Shown here: positions 1 to 12,819 of the stretch, piece by piece
How the letters are laid out: each line of letters starts with the position of its first letter
Position numbering within the stretch: the first letter of the stretch is position 1
Assembly (NCBI RefSeq): GCF_006345805.1
Contig: NC_043000.1
Coordinates: 13,950,001 to 14,014,000, forward strand
Length of the DNA stretch: 64,000 bases
Reading direction: 5' to 3'
From: Octopus sinensis
Lineage: Eukaryota
Translations under genes and position numbers: made by a program
The notes under the pieces: model-generated
Told to the model about the DNA's origin: nothing
The model's database searches: none
Seen by the model: only the letters and a program-made list of their open reading frames with translations

Positions 1-469
1 CATTTCCCTATTTTTTTTTATCTATCTATGGTGTATGTGAGATGGAGCAAATTATACTGTTTCTCTCTGCCTCCCCCCCCCCTTATGTGTTACCACCTAT
101 CTTCTCCTCTTTCATGATCCACTCCTATTTTCCATTAAATTCCCAAACTGAGATTCACCATTGTCCACATCTCCATCCTTGTTCATCATTCACTGCATTC
201 ACTTCTATCCCCATTTCTATTGGCCATTACACTCCTTTCACACTCTTGCAAATCTGCCCAGCCAGCCATCCTTGATTATTGGTCCCTATTCCCTCTTTAT
301 CTACCTTGTACTGTGAGGGTATGCCCTGACATCTCATCACCATCCTTTCTTTCCTTCCTGCTGGGATAGCTGTGTATCTCTTTTACAGGAGGACACCTGC
401 TCTTGTCTCTTCTCTCATACTTTACTGTCTCAACACCTGGCATATAGTTACTTCCTTCAATACTGCACC

Positions 470-693
470 CTTCCTTTGTCAAGTGGTCTTGATGTGTAAG
501 TTACTTGGTGACCCCACTAATGCCAGTGCCATGAAAAAGCACCCAGTACACTCTGCAATCTGGTTGGTGTTGAGGGCATTGTTACTAAAGCAAACCTTGG
601 AACCCAACACAATCCTCTAACTTGTCAGATCCTGTCAACCATCCAACCCATGCTAGCATGGAATACAGGCATTAAAAAATATGATCATGATGA
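470..693 (+). mobile_element. Decayed RTE-LINE 3' tail / RTE-tailed non-autonomous element
   Basis: aaaagcacccagtacactc...ccatccaacccatgctagcatggaa...atgatcatgatga matches the 3' end attached to RTE coding sequence at 42519-43421. Confidence 0.65.
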
Positions 694-1751
694 ATGTTAT
701 AATTCTAACTCTAAAATTGAGCCAGTATTTATTCCACTTCTGTATATAGTATTCAGCAGATTAGTCATATATCTTCCATCAATTAGATGCTGATCTGTTT
801 CTCTCTCCTTTACAAACAGAGACAACCTGTTGTCTTCATTTCAAGATCTTCATTTTTTTTCATGCTGGTATATTGTGTGTGTGTGTGTGTGTGTGGTATT
901 TATTCAAAGCTGAGGCATCACCATTCTGAGTCCAAATGAATAAATAAACTCTATGACGTATATTGAATATTTTTTTCTCTTGTCTGTATATCCTAACAAA
1001 ACACACACACACAGTAAGTCCTATATTTTGCTATAAGAATCATAGCAAAGTCCATTTCTATTTTGCCTTTGTCAACATGAAATTGTACTAGTCTCTTTTG
1101 TAACACCACAATAGTTGTGCAGTGAATAGTGTAGCTAAGCAACTTAATCCTACTGTTCAAGTATGTGGTTTTATTTTGTCCCCACCAATCTCTTAGAATC
1201 CAACCTCTTTTCTGGCAACTAGCCCAAGCTAATTAAGTAAAGAATTTAAATGACATGACTTAATTTTGAAAAAAAAAAAAAAAAAAAAAAAACTCAAACT
1301 TAAATTCACCTTCCAATAAATTTAACTATAATTCAAAAATCTTTTGTAAAAAAAAAAAAAATAAAACTTGCATGCTGAGTGGTGTGAAAGAACTAGTTTC
1401 TGATTTATAGAATATAAAATGGTTCAGTTAATTCTACGAATTCAGTGAAGTTCTGTGAATTATCAGGAGTATATTGTCTGGAGGGAAAGTGTGATGTAGG
1501 TCAGCATGAGTGTATATCTATCATGTGGTAAAGGTGTGGTGTAGGGCAGCATTCTTGACATCAACTGCTATAAGTATATCAGTGAAATTGTCAAGCAAAC
1601 TCAGGCAGGCAGTGAATGTTTTCCACATGTATCATCATTGTCTGAAATCAGGATTAGTGAATGCATCCACTGCACTTCTACTTTATGGAATTTGACTTAT
1701 CACTAATGTTGCTAACCTCTTGTCTCGCTGAAGTTATCAATACAGTTAGAT

Positions 1752-1816
1752 CTATTGACGATATACTGTTGACGATATGCTATTGACGATATAATGTTGA
1801 CGATGTACAGTTGACA
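1752..1816. repeat. 14-bp minisatellite, ~4.6 copies
   Basis: ctattgacgatata/ctgttgacgatatg/ctattgacgatata/atgttgacgatgta/cagttgac. Confidence 0.9.
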
Positions 1817-1897
1817 GAGTGAAGGATTTCATATAAAAAAAAAGAAAATTCCTCTAAATCTGCCTTGTTAAGGTACCTGCTATTGTCTATGTTCTGT

Positions 1898-2250
1898 CTT
1901 TTACTTCTTTCAGTCATTGAACTGCGGCCATGCTGGGGCACTGCCTTGAAGGGTTTTAGTCAAACAGATTGATCTCAGTACTTTTTTTTTTAAAGTTTGA
2001 TACTTATTCTCTCACTGAACCACTAAGTTATAGGGTTACTGGTTGTCAAGTGATGGAGAATGGTGACACATGAACACACACATATACACACGCATGAACA
2101 CACACAATAAGCTTCCACACCATTTTTGTCTATTAAATTCACTCACAATACATTGGTCACCATGGGGCTATAGTAGAAGACACTTACCCAAGGTACCATG
2201 CAGTGAGATTGAACCATAATTCACAAAGTGAGCTTCTTAACCATACAGCT
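1898..2250 (-). mobile_element. SINE family A, decayed copy
   Basis: ttttacttctttcagtcattgaactgcggccatgctggggca...aagacacttacccaagg is the reverse complement of the 9661-10070 copy. Confidence 0.8.
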
Positions 2251-2940
2251 ATATTCAAGCTTTGTTTAAGAATTGTACTAGTTTAGAGAAATAGGATGTA
2301 AAGATAGAAAAACTGTCATTAAATTGATAAGACCAAAACAAGTAATATTATTACCCTTGATATCAGCAAGATCTTTGAGTGTGCCACAAGCAATGAGAAT
2401 TTGTAAGTCAAGTTGCTTGCTTAAGGAAGGATTTCAGTCATATTTTAAATCATAACTTTCCTAACTTGGTACTCTATCACAATGTGTATTGACAGGGCCA
2501 GTCTCTTACCTGTATTCTATCAATTCTGAGTTTTGAGAGTGGTAGATAGAAACTGTGCAGAAGCCAGTTATATATGTGTGTGCGTTTGCATTTGTTTCCC
2601 ACAATTGCTTGATAACTGGTGTTAGGTTGTTTATGTCCCCGTATCTTAGTGTTTTGGCAATAAGTACCAGACGGGTTGATTTGTGCAACTAAACCTTTCA
2701 AGGCAGTGCCCCAGCATGACCACAGTCCAATGACTGCTACAAGTAAAAGAGGTAAACAGTTCCTGAATTTGGACTGCCTCTTCTACATATGGTTAACTGG
2801 CAGAAATGGGTCGTAATAGGGGTTATGTAGAAATCAATAAACTATTATGATTCCATCAATATTATTTACTGTACAATACTAATATGACCAAAACATGAAA
2901 CTGAATATTCATTTCCTAAAACTAAAACATTTTATCACAG

Positions 2941-2969
2941 GAGGAACATCAAAATATATCAAAGTTCAC
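2941..2969 (+). other. Candidate 29-nt micro-exon
   Basis: cattttatcacag| acceptor, perfect |gtgagt donor, all three frames open; no homology recognised. Confidence 0.25.
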
Positions 2970-3819
2970 GTGAGTAAACTTTGTACTCACAATAAAATAC
3001 TAAAAATGCCTGGAGATATTGTTTTTTTATTTTTATTTGTACTGTACTTATAACTTGGGAAAAAAAAAAAATATATATATATATGGCCTGCAGCTATAAA
3101 CTGCAGATTTCCATGGCCAAATTTACCACACACCCCTTGCCCCCATCCTTTTATTTATTGGAAGAATGCTAGTTATTTAGATACATTGAATGTCTCCTAC
3201 TCTTTACTTTGTTCTAATTTTACACACACACACATTATTGTTGTGTATTTATTTAAAATGTAACTTTACATTGTGACTCAGATGTTGTTAACCAGATACT
3301 TTACTTTTAGACAGGTACACTCATTATGGGTTTCACTCTTTAATATAGTTTAATAGCAGAGTTGGTGTTTATGGTTTCCTGTTTTCTTTTTACACTCTCC
3401 TCTATTGTAAGTGAGAATCTGTTAGAACTTCCTCATTCTTTTACATCTTATGCCATCTGTTACATACTGATGCATTGCTATGACTACTACCACACATATA
3501 TATGATATTCTCCCTTTATCTTGCCCCATCTTACTACAACCATAAAGACACTTTCTTAGAAGATAACTTCCTTTTCTTTTTATTTCTGTTCTACTTTTAT
3601 TTTTTCTGCCCTTTTTTTTTTTTATCTTCTGTTTAATTAGCTTGAAAATGTATACTTTTTAGTTTGGCTTAGAATAATCAAGTTTGTGACAATTTAACTC
3701 ATTAAGCAATGACATGAAGTTATTCCTCTTGTACATAGTTTTTGGTCATAATTAGTTGAGTTTGGTAAAATTGAACTGGCTTCAAGTAGTATAGAGATGT
3801 GTGTTTTCTGTTTATTGCC

Positions 3820-4373
3820 TGAAGCTTGCTTCCAAACCACATTATTCTTGGACAAATGTCTTCTACTTTAGCCTTAGGCTGACCAAATCCTTGTAAGTAG
3901 ATTTGGTAGAGGGAAACTGAAAAAAGCCTATCATATATACAGGGTGTCCCAGAAGTTGCGCACCATTCTGGTTTTCACAAAAAGTTATTAAAGCAATTTA
4001 TTTTATATTTTTTTCTGTATGTTTTATTGTAGAGGGTGCTTAATTATATCAGTTTTTACGATTAATTTCAATAAAGTGCTTTTGAAATCAGTAAGGGTGT
4101 ATTCTTTCAAAAAACCAGGGTGGTGCATGACTTCTGGGACACCCTGTATATATATATCTGTGTGTCATTGTATATCTTTATCCCCAATCTCTGCTTGACA
4201 ACTGGTGTTGATTTGTGTATGATCCCATAACTTAGCTGTTTGGCAAAGAGACCGATAAAATAAAAACGGGGCTTTTAAAAAGAGTACTGTGGTCAATTCA
4301 TTTGACTAAGAACTCTTCGAAGTGGTGCCCCAGCAAGGCCACAACCCATTGACTGAAACGAGTAAAAGATAAA
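3820..4373 (+). mobile_element. SINE family A, decayed, interrupted by a MITE in its central microsatellite
   Basis: gaccaaatccttgtaagtagatttggtagagggaaactgaaa before the MITE and gtggtgccccagcaaggcc...gactgaaacgagtaaaaga after it. Confidence 0.8.
3940..4146. mobile_element. Tc1/mariner-type MITE
   Basis: TIRs cagggtgtcccagaagt / acttctgggacaccctg, TA on both sides. Confidence 0.9.
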
Positions 4374-4634
4374 ATCTGAGGATATGAAGGACACACACAT
4401 ACATCAGTTTTACTACTTGAGTTTACTAAGTGTATATGAACTTCTTGAATGAATCCTCCCGTTTCTATACTAACATCCTTGCTGCCATATATTAAACATG
4501 TAAAAAGAATCATCATTTTAAAATATTCTGTTTGTTGTTTACTTCAATTTGGTCATTTTATAGAGACTGTCTTTTATATAGTTTTGATTTTAAATAATAA
4601 ACATATTTGTTACAGTTAATATCTTTCCACACCG

Positions 4635-4693
4635 ACAGCAATTTATTCTGTTAATATTCATTCAACAGCAGTTTATTCTGTTAATATTCATTC
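4635..4693. repeat. 30-bp tandem duplication
   Basis: acagca(a/g)tttattctgttaatattcattc x2. Confidence 0.9.
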
Positions 4694-5259
4694 TATTGGC
4701 AACAACTACAATAACAACAAAACTAACAGTTAAACTACCAAGTCTTGAATTGAAATTTTACACTGCCTAACTGAAAACGGGACCACTCCCACTTCACAGT
4801 TCAGTAATCAGCCTAAGCTATGTTAAACACATGTTCCAGCAATTCATATGTAAATTGTACAAACCAAATGTGCAGAATCATCCTACCTAGATTCATAGCA
4901 ACATTGATGTAAATTCTATTAGAGCAAATATAGTAGAAAGAGACCTGGAAAATCTTTATATTTGAATAGTTGTATTATTTATAGTTTGAGTGTGTCATAA
5001 ATAGCAATGAAAGCTTTTTTGAGAGAGGCTTCACTGCTGAAATGTTGATAGTGAATTATATATATATCTGTTACATATTAAGTCATAGTAAATTGGTATT
5101 GTAACTGAATAGTTTACAAAACATCACAGTGTTATATAGATTGATCTACACATGTATATCAGCATCATGCTCACTTATTTATTTCCTAGAACTTTATTGA
5201 TTGGACAAAAGAATAAATAGATGAGGCACTTGCGATGTACAAAGTTGATTACATTTTAA

Positions 5260-5477
5260 CCCTTTCGTTAGCAACCCGGCTGAAATCGGCTCTGGCTCTG
5301 AGTACAAATGTCTTGTTTTCATAAGTTTTGAATTAAAATCATCCACCAAACCTTAGTCACAATTTACGATCCTAACACTAGCTTAATGATAACTAAGTTA
5401 TTTTACTAAATTCTTTGTTATATTTAAAGTAATTGAAAGAAACAGAGCATCTCAAAATAAATACAGTAACGAAAGGG
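5260..5477 (+). mobile_element. piggyBac-like MITE, family P1
   Basis: ttaa|ccctttcgtta...taacgaaaggg|ttag; inverted copies at 53191-53407 and 54597-54815. Confidence 0.85.
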
Positions 5478-5756
5478 TTAGCCTTTGATAACAGATTTCA
5501 TTTATCTTTTTTATTTGTTGTTGTTTCAGTCACTGGACTGTGCCCATGCTGGGGCATTACCTTGAAGGGCTTAGTCAAGCAAATCAACCCCAATATTAAT
5601 TTTTTAAAGTCTGTTACTTATTCTGTCTGTCTTTTCACTAAACTGCCATGTTATGGGGATGTCAAGAAACCAATACCATTTGGCAATTAATAGTGGGTCT
5701 GCCTCACCCACCATTGACAACTTGGGACAGACCCAAGAATACGCATGCATGCACAC

Positions 5757-6085
5757 ACATCATCATCATTTATCATTCTCCTTCCATGCTGGCATGGATT
5801 GGACAGTTTGACGGGAGCTGGTATGCCAAAAAAACTGTGCCAATCTCTACTGCCTACATTCGTATGATTTCTGTGGCTGGATGTTCTTCTTAACACCAAC
5901 CACTTTACAGAGTGCATCAGGTGCTTTTTACATGGTACCAGCAGCAGTGAGGTCACTAGGTAACTTGCAAGACAAGATCATTCAACTGAGGAGAGAGGTG
6001 GCTTTGTGCCAGGTGATGAGCGAGTAGAGTATGAATGGAGTGACTGAAATAGGTATCTTGCTATTCATGACTACCTCAGCTGGGG
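5757..6085 (-). mobile_element. RTE-tailed element nested in a decayed SINE A (5510-6250)
   Basis: catcatcatcat tail then ttccatgctggcatggattggacagtttgac...ggctggatgttcttcttaacaccaaccac. Confidence 0.7.
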
Positions 6086-6944
6086 AGAGACAAAAAACAA
6101 GATGGTTGAATGGGCTTCTACACAGTTTCCATCTACTAAATTCACTCACAAGAAATTGGTTAGCCTGAAGCTAACCTGCCCAAGGAGCTGTGCAGTAGTT
6201 TTGAACTCAAAAAATACATGATTATAAAGTGAGCTTCTTGACTTGTGCCTATAATTTTGTAAATATATATAATATATAAAATATATATATAGGGCAATAA
6301 ATTCCAAGTTACCATGGTTTCTTTTATTTATTTGGGGGATTTTTAAAAATTCTCGATTTTAAAAAACTGGTCTATAAATTGAATAACAAAAACGTAGTAT
6401 CACACTTTCCACTGGTTTTTCAGTTTATAAACATGTCACATATGAAATTTATTGCATAGTTGTGCCACAGACTTTTGGAAATGCAATTTTCAGCCTAGGT
6501 TTTTATATGCAAAGGTGATTTGCAAAATGACTAAATTCAGCTAATTGGTATGCATAAATGAAATATCTCAAATTCTGTAAGTTGCACACTGATCAAACTT
6601 GGTATGGTGCTTCTTTGTATTAGACTTTATTTTTGAGAACAACAATCAGTTCAATATCTAATTGAATGTGCAAATTAAGTAAAATTCACTTCCCAAATAT
6701 GTAAATTAAGCACAATATTTTTATCAAATTTTCAACTAGTTTATTCCTCAATAAACTTGCTATAGGTTTAACTGTTTGAGTAGAATTATATTTTTGTATC
6801 TGTCAATAGTAAAACCTTTGCTTCAATAAAATATTTATTAATAGTTCCATTTCCCTGTGTGCTATTCATTGTAATTAAATGCTGAGTACACCAGTAGAAA
6901 ATCTGTACTTTATCGATTCAAAGTAAATTATTATTAAAACAATA

Positions 6945-7087
6945 ATGAGTGGTTGGAGATCACGTGTCGTTAGCCTCAAATCGCCAGGTCTGGTCGGCAT
7001 TTGTGAGAGATGCAGCATTGAGGATGAATGAAGCCAGCTCAACCCACTTCGGGTGAATGCTGTCTCAAGACAAGACAAGAAGAAGAT
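6945..7087 (+). mobile_element. Probable 3' terminus of an RTE-clade LINE
   Basis: gatgaatgaagccagctcaacccacttcgggtgaatgctgtctcaagacaagacaaga: short tandem tail, RTE-like ending recalled from memory. Confidence 0.5.
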
Positions 7088-7293
7088 TATTTAAAGAGGG
7101 AATTTGTAAGTAAAATATGTCAGATGATGCAAATAACTGTAACTGTGGAATAAAGTTACTTTTGAAAGCTGGAAACATGACTGCGTAGAAAAATCTAGGC
7201 TGTGTAGTGTGTAAGGATGTATATATTCATTGAATATAGCACTCAAGAATATGTTAATAGAGAGGTCAAAGTCTAGGGGAGCTGAGCAATGTA

Positions 7294-7653
7294 TAGGGTG
7301 GTCTGAAAGTCATGTCACCCCGCTACCAAAAAGTAAGAACAATAGAGGGACAATATAATAACATCAAACACATGCACTGATTTTAGTATATTACTTTCAT
7401 TGACACTGACACTGTTACACATTGAGAGGGTCTGTATGACACCAGCAGCTTCGTAAAATACCACATAGGACATGGTACTGCATCATTTTGTGGCCTGAAA
7501 ATGATGGTGTTCATACAGGCCTTCTCAAAGTGTGTCAGTGTCAATGGAAGTGAATATACTAAAACCAGTACATGTGTTTGCTATTATTATATTGTCCCTC
7601 TGTTGTTCTTAGTACTTTTCAGTAGAGGTTGACAAGACTTTCAGACCACCCTA
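7294..7653. mobile_element. Long fold-back Tc1/mariner-type MITE
   Basis: TA|tagggtggtctgaaagtc...gactttcagaccacccta|TA; arms complementary over ~150 bp (gagggacaatataata/tattatattgtccctc, ttgacactgacac/gtgtcagtgtcaa). Confidence 0.9.
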
Positions 7654-8826
7654 TACATTCTCAATACAAGAAAAAATTGGGCCATATAAAATCTAAAATA
7701 AATTTTTTAAAAATATTTCTAGGAATCACTACCTTCAAATAAACAATATTAAGGAATATGCAGACAGTTTGTTTGTTTCATCACAAATCACTTTGTAATT
7801 TTGCAAAAAAATCTGTGAAGTTCATGTGTGTGTGTGTGTGTGTCAGGTTTCTCATGCATGCATTTATTATGCCGACTAATACAGAGTATACTTGTCCTTT
7901 TTAAAAAGTTAGCAGTTACTTAGGACCGGTTTTCTGTTCTTTTATCTCGACCATGAACAGAAACCTCATTCTTAATGGTGCAACTGTGATTGTATGAAGC
8001 AGGTTGTCAGAAACTGCTAAACCTAGAATACTGTTTTCAAAAATATAGACTTTAGTTGTGCATTTTCATCAGTGTGGTGGGGTGTGTTTGTTCCCTTTGA
8101 AAGAAAAGATGTAAGTACTTGTTCAACAGTAAGAAAGCACAGGCACTTCACAAGAGGTTTTGAAGTTAGCCACAAATGGAAAGAATGCAGGGTGATGTCA
8201 TCAGCATGAACGTTAGCGATAGAGAATGCATTGTTGAAGTTAGGTGGTGGTATGAGAGTGATGTTAGTAGATGTAAGTTGGTGTGTGTGTGTGAGAGAGA
8301 GAGAGGGATGTAAGATAAGGGAGATGATTTAATAGAGGTTGAGTTAAAAGTTTTTTTTTTTATTCCATATTTTAGATATTTTATTTCTGCTAAATCCCAA
8401 TCAAATGTAAGTTTATTTACTATTGAAATAGGTCACAACCCAATTTTAATTTCCAGTTGAATCTCTACTAATGCAATTAATCCCTATAAACATGGCATCA
8501 ACACCACAATTTTACATTCTTTCATCCCCGCCCACTCCAGGCTAATTTGATATCAATAAATGAAAATGTAAACTTTAAGTTTTAGATTCACTCGCTTACA
8601 CACTAGTATCTTTATAATCTAGGTATTTATTTCATTTCTTAGATTAATCCACTCTAAGGAATGAGTAGATCCTTCTCTCTTTTTACTCCTCACCCAAGTC
8701 GGTTAGTTTCAGTTGTCATCTAGATTTTGAAATTTGATTTTCTTCCTTCCCTTGAGGTAGACATGACATTTTGTTGTTTCTTCAGAGAATTTTATAGAGA
8801 ATTGTAACACTTTTTGCTGTTTTCAG

Positions 8827-8985
8827 TCAATGAACTATAACCGTGCTGAGATACTCCTTTCAACGGTGTGGATGTCATTGACTGTATCAATCCTGACACT
8901 TAGAATGCAATGGGATGTAACCAAATGCATTGTGTTATTTTGTTTGACTTTGTCGATTCTACTATTCATATTCTTCGCTGTATAA
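8827..8985 (+). CDS. Candidate terminal coding exon or small ORF with two hydrophobic segments: (S)MNYNRAEILLSTVWMSLTVSILTLRMQWDVTKCIVLFCLTLSILLFIFFAV
   Basis: Acceptor ctttttgctgttttcag|; only phase 0 stays open; ATG 8830, TAA 8983-8985; non-repeat sequence. Confidence 0.3.
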   Translation, partial: SMNYNRAEILLSTVWMSLTVSILTLRMQWDVTKCIVLFCLTLSILLFIFFAV

Positions 8986-9660
8986 ATCATCAAAGAGATG
9001 ACCAGAATGGAAATGTCCAAATGTCTTTTATGTTTTCGTTTGTACAACCTTTCAAGCAGCTGATGCAGATTCTCAATTCACTCTTGCTTGGTTTATAAAT
9101 CGAATATCACTGAGGGAGTGATGAATGTCTGACTTAGACAATACTATTTTAGAAATGTTTTGCTTCATCATATCTGAGATGCCCTTGAGAATGGCATTTA
9201 TATTACACATTATAACTTGTTTCTTGTCCATAAAATATGGACCTTTGTACTGAATTCCCGTATCAAACAAGTGTCTCTAAAGCAGTTGCTCGGAATGCTA
9301 GAAATAACAATCAAATCTCCCACTAGTCATATTCTTGTCTAAAAAAGGAAAAAGAATTGTGTTGGATAATTTAGATACTGAAGTCTATGGATTACCTCAG
9401 GTCTGTTTCATCAATGTTGGGTTAGACAGTGAAAAGCAGTAGTAAACTTTCTACTCCCTGTCTCTTTCCTATAGAGGAAGAACTGTCACAAAAACAGGTA
9501 TTGAAGTACCTGTATATACAAAGTACACCATCCTGTTTAAAACCATTGCCTCATGCTGACTGTCTTTAACAGAGCAATCTAAGAGAGCTGCGAAGGACAT
9601 GAGCATTGTCCCTTATATTGACTAAATTATTTTTTTTAAATACACACATACACTAAAATA

Positions 9661-9821
9661 GGCGCAGGAGTGGCTGTGTGGTAAGTAGCTTGCTAACCAA
9701 CCACATGGTTCCGGGTTCAGTCCCACTGCGTGGCATCTTGGGCAAGTGTCTTCTGCTATAGCCCCGGGCCGACCAATGCCTTGTGAGTGGATTTGGTAGA
9801 CGGAAACTGAAAGAAGCCGGT

Positions 9822-9870
<49 letters not shown>

Positions 9871-10070
9871 CTGTTTGTCCCCCTAGCATTGCTTGACAAC
9901 CGATGCTGGTGTGTTTACATCCCCGTCACTTAGCGGTTCGGCAAAAGAGACCGATAGAATAAGTATTGGGCTTACAAAGAATAAGTCCCGGGGTCGATTT
10001 GCTCGACTAAAGGTGGTGCTCCAGCATGGCCGCAGTCAAATGACTGAAACAAGTAAAAGAGAGTAAAGAG
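9661..10070 (+). mobile_element. tRNA-derived SINE family A, full-length young copy
   Basis: A box tggctgtgtggt, B box ggttcagtccc, central (TA)n(TG)n, tail gaaacaagtaaaagagagtaaagag; more than 15 copies in the window. Confidence 0.92.
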
Positions 10071-10677
10071 TACACACTATTGATACACAAGGGTTCTGTT
10101 CTTTTAATGTTTACCCTACAACTTAATTTAAATCATTAACTGTCAAGCACTGTGGTTGTTTAATTCATTTATGATGTGAAACTGGTAGGTGGGAGATAAA
10201 TCTTCCTCTGGAGAGGTCATATTCAGTCTTTTACAGGTAACATTGCAATGAGATAATATAGAACAAACTGTTCTGCATAAAAACCAAGCAAAAAGCCTGC
10301 AACGACCTAATCCACTTCAACAGTTTTAATTCTTGAAATACAGTTTTACTAGATGCATCCCAACTTTGCATATAGGACCCTGAGTGATTTTTTAAAATCC
10401 TTTTTATATTTTTTAACTGTGTGTATGTGTGGTTGGAAAGTGTATCTTATAAAGCTATCAAATACAGTACTCTTTAACCAGTTTTATTGATTGGACTGCA
10501 ACCACACATGACACTGCCTTCAAGCACTATCAAGAGCATCAAATCAACCTCAGAACATATTTTGATATGGTATTTATTATATCAATCTCTGGTCATGGAA
10601 ACACTGACAAACGAACTGATTAGAGATGTCAACCACAATATTTACCACTGTATTTATAGGAGAAGGAGGTATCTCAG

Positions 10678-11088
10678 ATCTTTTCAGTTTGAACAGCAGT
10701 TTTTTCTAACGGTGTCATATGAAATTGTCACCCATAATTATGACCCTAGAATCGATCTATTGCATTTCAATCTCTTTTAGGGTTAGGGGTGGGGGAGGGC
10801 ATCTTTTTTTCTTCACAAATGTAAATAAACCCAATCTGTTTCTTAAACGAGGGGCATACTCATATGGCACAGAATGCTTTTTACCTCAATGGACGTCAGT
10901 GATTGGTTGAAATTGCAGAAATTGAAGAAGAAAAAAAAAACAACAAATATCTTACAAACTATAGAATTTTCTCAATAAAGCCAAGAGAAAAAGATGTTTT
11001 ATAAACACATTCTACCCAGTATACGAAGTTTTAAATTTTTTAGTTACCTAGAAATTATGTTAAAAACTGCCGTTCAAACCGAAAAGAT
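10678..11088. mobile_element. Unclassified TIR DNA element with an internal ttaggg/G-rich tract
   Basis: TIRs atcttttcagtttgaacagcagttttt / aaaaactgccgttcaaaccgaaaagat; related short copy at 47543-47713. Confidence 0.8.
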
Positions 11089-12455
11089 TAGGATTAGCTT
11101 TGTATGTGTTTAATAATGAGTTGCCTATTGCCCATATGAATAAAACAGCTTTCCGCATTCAGGGAGTTTTGTGATACTGTAATCGTTTTCCATATAGTAC
11201 CAGGGGCCTTGACTTTGCTATCTACGTCGGTGCCGATGCTGAACTGAAATGTTTCTGCTAACTGTCCTTTAAGTAATGTAAGAATCATAACCCACCTCTC
11301 CTTCTTAAATGTTCGTATCAGCCTTCATTACGATGTGAATGCTTGCAACTGAGGTTCTATACCTACCAATCATTTCCACATCTGTTTCCAGTTGCCAATC
11401 CCATTTCTTCCCTTCTTTCTTTTCTCTATTCATTTCAAGTGACAGACCACAGGCTCTACAGCTAAGAATATTTCTGAAAATATCTGGTTTCCATCAGAAA
11501 ATGTTCCTGCTTGGTCCTAAATATATTTCCCCCACCCCATACATACACACACACACACACACTCGAACTTTCACCACAAAAAAAAAAATCACTTTAATTA
11601 TTCTCTCCTCCTCTCTTGTGTGAGTATGTGTATGTAAATGGTAGTGGTGGTGGTGGTGGCGCTACAATTCTGTATGTACCACCTAACTAGAAATTTCAAC
11701 AAGTCAGTTCAGTTATTAATGTAGTTGATACGAAAGTGACTTTACTACATATACACCCTGCTTTCTATCAACTTAGATAGATAGAATAGATATAGTAGGT
11801 AAGATAGGTTTGTCTTTTGTGTTCTCATGTTTGTTTGTTTATTTCTGGTTTGCCTGCTGAGTGGAAACAGTTCATGAAAGATTAAGTCCTACCAGCACAC
11901 ACACACACACACACACACACAGAGGGGAAAAGAGAGAAAGAGAGAGAATTGCATTCATGAAAACAACTGTTCCAGTTTAGGGATAACACATGTAGATTGG
12001 CATTAGTGAAACTTTTCATTTATTAGCTACAGCACAAATAACCTGACCTACACCACATGTCCCTGCTAATTTATATTATTGTTGTTTTTTTTATTATACT
12101 TTTAACAACACATTCTGATGAATAGTTCGTGTGTGTGTGTGTGTGTGTGTAAAAACAGTTGACTGAATTTATAAAAAAAAAAGTTAACAGCATAATTTTT
12201 TAAAATTTCATCAAATACGCACTCTTACTTTATTGTTCAACTTTTTTTCGAAGAAATTTTAATCCTCGGAATTTTCTACGTTTTTCTTTCCATTTTCTCA
12301 ATTTGCCTTTATTTGCGCAAACATTCTATTTAAAATCTAGAAAAAAAGAAGAAAAAAAAGATGGGGGGGGGGAGGTAATTTCGTCAAATGTTGCACTGGG
12401 CTCATTATGCATGCACGTTTGGGTACACACACACATGCGCGCGCACATATCTTTT

Positions 12456-12745
12456 ATTTTACTTCTTTCAGGCTATGGCGTATTTTAGTCGAACGAATCG
12501 ACTTATTTTTTTTTTAAAGCCTAGTATTTATTCTATCGGTCTCTTTTACCGGAGCGCTTCGTTAGAGTAACGTAAACACACCAAAACTAGTTGTCAAGCG
12601 GCGGAAGCAAAACACACACATATACGCGACGGGCTTCTTTCAGTCTCCGCCTACCAAATCCACTCACAAAGCTAAGCTCTGGTTGGCTTGAAGCTATAGT
12701 AAAAAAAAAAAAAAGAAAAAACGCGGTGGGACTGAATTGTAGCCA
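12456..12745 (-). mobile_element. SINE family A, decayed copy
   Basis: acgggcttctttcagtctccgcctaccaaatccactcacaaagc. Confidence 0.8.
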
Positions 12746-12819
12746 TATGTGTGTGTATTGAAATATATATACAATTGTGGTTTATATAAATATATAATAT
12801 AATATATATATAGATATAT

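Noticed and set aside
1752-1816. Short direct repeats as a CRISPR-like array
   Set aside because: Contiguous 14-bp units with no unique spacers and no cas genes
8025-8075. Minus-strand CUGAUGA..GAAA
   Set aside because: No convincing stem I or III
11094-11288. 64-aa minus-strand ORF in non-repeat DNA
   Set aside because: No recognisable homology or convincing splice context
12110-12168. CUGAUGA..aaaacagttg hammerhead candidate
   Set aside because: GAAA missing, stem I not formed, interrupted by (TG)n
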